Below, piece by piece: positions 59,557 through 64,000 of a stretch of 64,000 nt of DNA (its first letter is position 1; every line of letters begins with the position of its first letter). The notes under the pieces were generated by a model. The model saw only the letters and a list, made by a program, of their open reading frames with translations. It made no database searches and was not told the origin of the DNA. The translations under genes and the position numbers were made by a program. This DNA comes from Eledone cirrhosa (taxonomy: Eukaryota), in assembly GCA_964016885.1 (NCBI GenBank), contig OZ024740.1, forward strand, positions 412,114,001 through 412,178,000, in the 5' to 3' direction.

Positions 59557-60410
59557 AAGAGGGACATCCCCCAACTATATAAACCTCAATCTAGTTAGAA
59601 AAATATAAAAACAATCTCTTCTCAACATATATTAATAACCTTAAATTACCACACTAATAATGGAAAGATATGCTGACGAGAATAGGTGCAAATATGCGAT
59701 AATGAATGTGTCTAAAAACGTCCATAAGTATGTATATATATGTGAAAATGTATATAAATAAGTAAATATATATATATGTTTGATGTGTATAGTTAGATGT
59801 AAGTGTATTCATGTATTAAAGTGCTTATATATATATATATATATGTGTGTATATATATATATATATATAGATGTGTATGTATATGTATATGTGTACACAT
59901 AGACTAGAGTATGTATGTATATATGTGTGTGTCTATACGTGTGTATATAAAGATAAGTTGAGTATGAAAATGTATACACATGAACGCGTATGTATGTACA
60001 TGAATACACGTGTGTATATATATATGTATGTATGTGTATATGTATGTAAGTATGAATATGTGAATGTGAGTATATGTATTTTGTAGAGGTGTGCAAATAT
60101 ATTTGTGTATGAATGCGTGGGTGAAAGGATACGTACACTTGAAAGAAAAATTTAAGTCTGAATGTTAATTAAGTGCAAACACAAAACCAACCACGCATAT
60201 CTTTACTATCTCTAATCCTTCTATAAATTTAGAAAAATAACCAATAATATATTCTATAAAAATGTCAAAACAACAGATGGGAATCTAATTACTCACTGCC
60301 ACCAAAAATTCTCACTGCTATCAAAAAACCACTCCCTCAACTATTCTTCTAACAACTTCACCCCTCCCTCCTAATATTCTCTATAAAAACCAAATAGGTC
60401 CTCAGTAATA

Positions 60411-60466
60411 TTATTCTGATGAAATGACAGTAAATAATAACATTGAAATATTGAATGTCTGCATAA
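60411..60466 (+). ncRNA. Hammerhead-like motif in the PLE pseudo-LTR (copies at ~57482-57537(-), 40635(+), ~40250-40305(-))
   Basis: CUGAUGA-AAUG..CAUU-GAAA-UAU-uga-AUG-UC; helix I is weak. A second half-motif, GAAA-CACGUG-UC, lies at 60515-60526. Confidence 0.6.
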
Positions 60467-60921
60467 CTAAAACTTTGTAGATAGCAGCTGTTTTCAGGTT
60501 ATGTAACTGTTATAGAAACACGTGTCAATAAATTCCTTTCAACTAAACTGTATCCATTCAAATCTTTCTATTTTTCTCCGGATTACTTTTGGAACTACAA
60601 CTGGAACCGTAGAGCAAACTCTACGTGAGCCTCAATCTACTGTGTGTAATATTTATATTACAACACAACGGAAAATACTGTATATATATATATAACATTA
60701 AAAGTTAGTCAAAATCTCGATTGAGTGAGTACACACGAGTTGATATCTGTAATTGAGATGAAACATTCGAGAAAGATGACTTTCTGATTCATGTAACAGT
60801 CTGATGAGCTTTTGATTCCAGAGTCGGGCCCGATCATTACAGATAAAAACTTGAACTGATACATCGCAAAATCTGCGTCACGCCAGAATGAATTTTCTGA
60901 AAATTCGACAGCTCGTCCATC

Positions 60922-61015
<94 letters not shown>

Positions 61016-62890
61016 TGTGTGTGTGTGTGTGTGTCCTGTGTGTGTGTGTGTGTGTGTGTGTGTATAATTGTTGACTTAGTACGCACACGTTTTTCTGCTC
61101 TTAAAGTGTTAAGTTCCTTCCTCTTCCTATCACTACTTTTCTACTTCAACTGTTATATCTCATTTTATCTTTTGAAGGACTAGTTTCCGAAACGTAAAGA
61201 CTCCTTTTCTTATTATATCAAGTGTTACACTAATATATTTCTTTATGGTACTGTCTTATTTGCATTCATGGTCCTTGAGCAAGCGGCTTTTTTTCCAGGA
61301 CGACCATTAAAGAATGCACATGTATACACTCTAATCATATATTTGCCATGTTGCCCAGAAATAGTAAGAAGCAAGCAAAAATGGCTGTTGGAGGCTGTGA
61401 GCATTGACGTCCCTATACATTTGGGGCACTCCTGGAAACATATAGCCGTCTATTCTCTTTTGAATTAAAGGTCTGAATGTCATGTGTGGTGATATCCTTA
61501 ATGATTTTATATGTATCTCCACACATTGTTACCTTGTTCAGTATTTGTGTCAGTTTAGATATGATGTTCCGCAATCTCCAACAGTCTGTTTGTGTTTCCC
61601 ACTTAGTTCAATGAGCGACATATCTTTTCGTTTATGAATCTTCACTGTCAGAAAATTCGGTGAGTGTGTGGTTAGTTTTAGTTGAATTTGTGTGTCTGCT
61701 TGATATTTTGTTGTAAAAGTCTGGATTTTGTTATAGAGATTTGTGGGTTGGTTGTGTTAATGTTGATATCGTTGGTGATAGTTACGGTGTGGATGTTTGA
61801 GTTGATGGTGTTTCAGGTGTGTCCGTATTAGATTTGTCGGTGTGTTTTCCGAGTTATATAGAGTGTGGTTTGTGGTGGGACAAATATTTTGGTTTGGAGA
61901 ATTCCTCATCTTCCCTGCGAGAGGAGGCAGCTGTTTCTGATGAATCAGATTCCGATGGTAATGGGTGGGCGATTGTGCGAGTGACTGTCTATGTGTTTGC
62001 AAGACGCGGAGATAGGAAGAGCTATATTGGAAGATGCCCATTTTGGATTTGTTGTATTATTTTCTGTTATTTTTCTTCTTCATGGTGCTAGTGGTGGCAG
62101 AGTTGCCGCTACCACTGCTGTTAATGTTACTGATTGTTATTGCTGAGATTAGTGTGTTGCTGTTTTCGTTGTTGTACATCGATAGTGATGTTGCATTTGT
62201 TGTCGTTGGGGCTATTGTTTTGCCGACAAATCCACTTTACAAATAAAACAAATATATGTTCTGTACAGTCAACTACTATCAATCCTGAACGCATCGTGTT
62301 ACTCTTATTTATATCCTTATAGAATACGCTTTTTAGATAACATCTAGATGACCAATGCGATTTGATCATGTTGCCTTTGAAATATTCGATAAATGTAGTA
62401 CGTACCTGGCAGAGAGATGGAAATGCCTGTTCATTTTTTTTAGGATTTTACACCTTCTCCATTATCTGCTATCCCACTTTAATGGATGAACTTTCGGAAG
62501 TCTCCAATTGTATTGGAGAATTTCAGTATTAATTTGTTGTACCTTTATTGCTTGGCTCAGGACTAAAGATCTGTTAAGGTGAAAACCTGTGGAAACACAC
62601 GCCTAGCATTGAGCAAACACCCTGATCACCGTTAAGGAACATTTGATAATAATATTAATTTCATTCATATGTATAAAAGAGAGTATACGTTGCTACAGGT
62701 GTTACAAATGCGAGCTGTTACCTGAAAAGAATAACAAGGATACCAGTAATAAACTATACACACATACATATATATACATACACACATACATATATGTATA
62801 CATGTATGGACACATACATATATACTTACAAACATACATAAATATATAAATATTTGTATGAAGGAGTGTATGTTTTGTGTATGCATATAT

Positions 62891-64000
62891 ATCATCATCA
62901 TCATCATCATCATCATCATCGTTTAACGTCCGTGTTCCATGATTGCATGGGTTTGGACGGGAGTTTTCCCACTTGAGGCAAGAGTGGTTGTCTTGCTCGC
63001 ATAGGACTGTCTGGCGGGTTTTCTACAGTTGGATTCCCTTCCTAACACCAACCACATTTACAGTGTGGGGCTGGGAGGTATTTACCGTGTTGCCTACACG
63101 GCCACATTACAGCGTGGACTGTCTGGCAGGTTTTCTACAGCTGGATGCCCTTCCTAACACCAACCACATTTACAGTGTGGGACTGGGACGTTTTTACCGT
63201 GTTGCCTACACGGTCACATTACAGCGTGGACTGTGTGTTTTTTTTTGTCGTGACACCTACACGATCTCATTTGTTTCGGCCTGGATTTTGTGGCACCAAC
63301 ATAACTTTACATTGAAAGGGGCGGTGTGGATGGGGTGGGGGTGGTGGGACGGGGGTGTATTTTGTTAGAGATGCCTACTGATGTAGTAGGTTTTACTTTG
63401 TATTTAGGTAACGCGGGTCTTCTCTATTACTGAGTACCGCCAAAGCTCTCGGTCCAGTGACATTGTCTTGGAGAGGTGTAAGTGTGTGAGGTCGGAATTT
63501 ATCAGCTCGTCCCAGGTTTTTCTGGGTCTGCCTACTCCGTGGCTACCGTCTCTCTTTATTGCCCTGCACTTTGTTATACAGTTGTCGTCTTTCATGCGCA
63601 TCACGTGACCATGCCAACGTAGCCTTCTCTCGAGTAAACAACATCTGATCCCTCTTATTTCTAATTTTTTCCTTAGTTCGTTTATGCTTTGCCGTTCGCG
63701 TATATTACTATTACACATCCAGCGGAGCATGCAAGCTTCGTTCCTCTCTAGTCTGCGTATATCCTCTGCACACAATGCCCAGGTCTCACTGCCATGCAAC
63801 ATTGCTGTTCGTATGCAGGCATCATACAACCTGCCTTTCACTTTTAGGGAGAACCCTTTAGCGGCTAATAGTGGTATAAGCTCTCTGAACTTTTTCCATC
63901 CAGTTCTGACTCTAGCTACTGTACTTTCGGAGCACCCTCCCCCACTGCTGATTTTGTCACCCAGGTAACGGAAGCTGTCCACTATTTCTATAGAACCCTC
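62891..64000 (-). mobile_element. RTE-clade LINE 3' part: ORF2 C-terminus (63404-64000), 3' UTR and (GAT)n tail
   Basis: SFRYLGD, GWKKFREL, LHGSETW, RRLRWHGHVMR and GRPRKTW. (ATC)n at 62891-62920. 112-bp tandem duplication at ~63004-63233 in the UTR. Confidence 0.92.

Larger units (their letters stand above)
57249..60783. mobile_element. Young Penelope-like element with complex inverted structure
   Basis: Minus-strand RT(YRDD)-linker-GIY-YIG at 57710-58920. Inverted copy 58933-59556 completes the GIY-YIG. Inverted pLTR segments 57380-57710/60240-60570 and outer arms 57249-57340/60692-60783. Confidence 0.92.

Noticed and set aside
60799-60830. CTGATGAGC motif (also CTGATGAAAC at ~47001)
   Set aside because: No helix II followed by GAAA.

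Overview
AT-rich, microsatellite-dense eukaryotic DNA with no recognisable host gene exon. Almost all listed ORFs are translations of (TA)n, (CA)n or (GAA)n repeats. The tRNA-derived SINEs and the RTE 3' end resemble repeats I know from octopod cephalopods (inference). Retroelements present: a decayed R4/Dong-like RT (1-1235), RTE fragments (5.3, 8.0, 62.9-64 kb), a young 5'-truncated CR1-group LINE inside a (TA/TACA)n array (14.6-16.5 kb), and three Penelope-like elements (PLEs). The PLEs are a decayed Naiad-like RT (18.7-21 kb), a decayed RT+GIY-YIG copy (52.2-53.6 kb) and a young, internally inverted RT+GIY-YIG copy (57.2-60.8 kb). The main unexplained structure is a set of about a dozen fold-back palindromes or inverted repeats sitting in (TA)n, together with about 15 hammerhead-ribozyme (HHR)-like motifs read by eye. 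The motifs differ in sequence but nearly all have a self-complementary helix III. Some show helix II covariation or a compensated U3-A8 core, and within palindromes they consistently read outward from the centre. I interpret this as a diverse population of non-autonomous, HHR-bearing, (TA)n-targeting fold-back derivatives of PLE pseudo-LTRs. All folds and alignments were done manually, so boundaries are approximate, and cleavage activity is untested.
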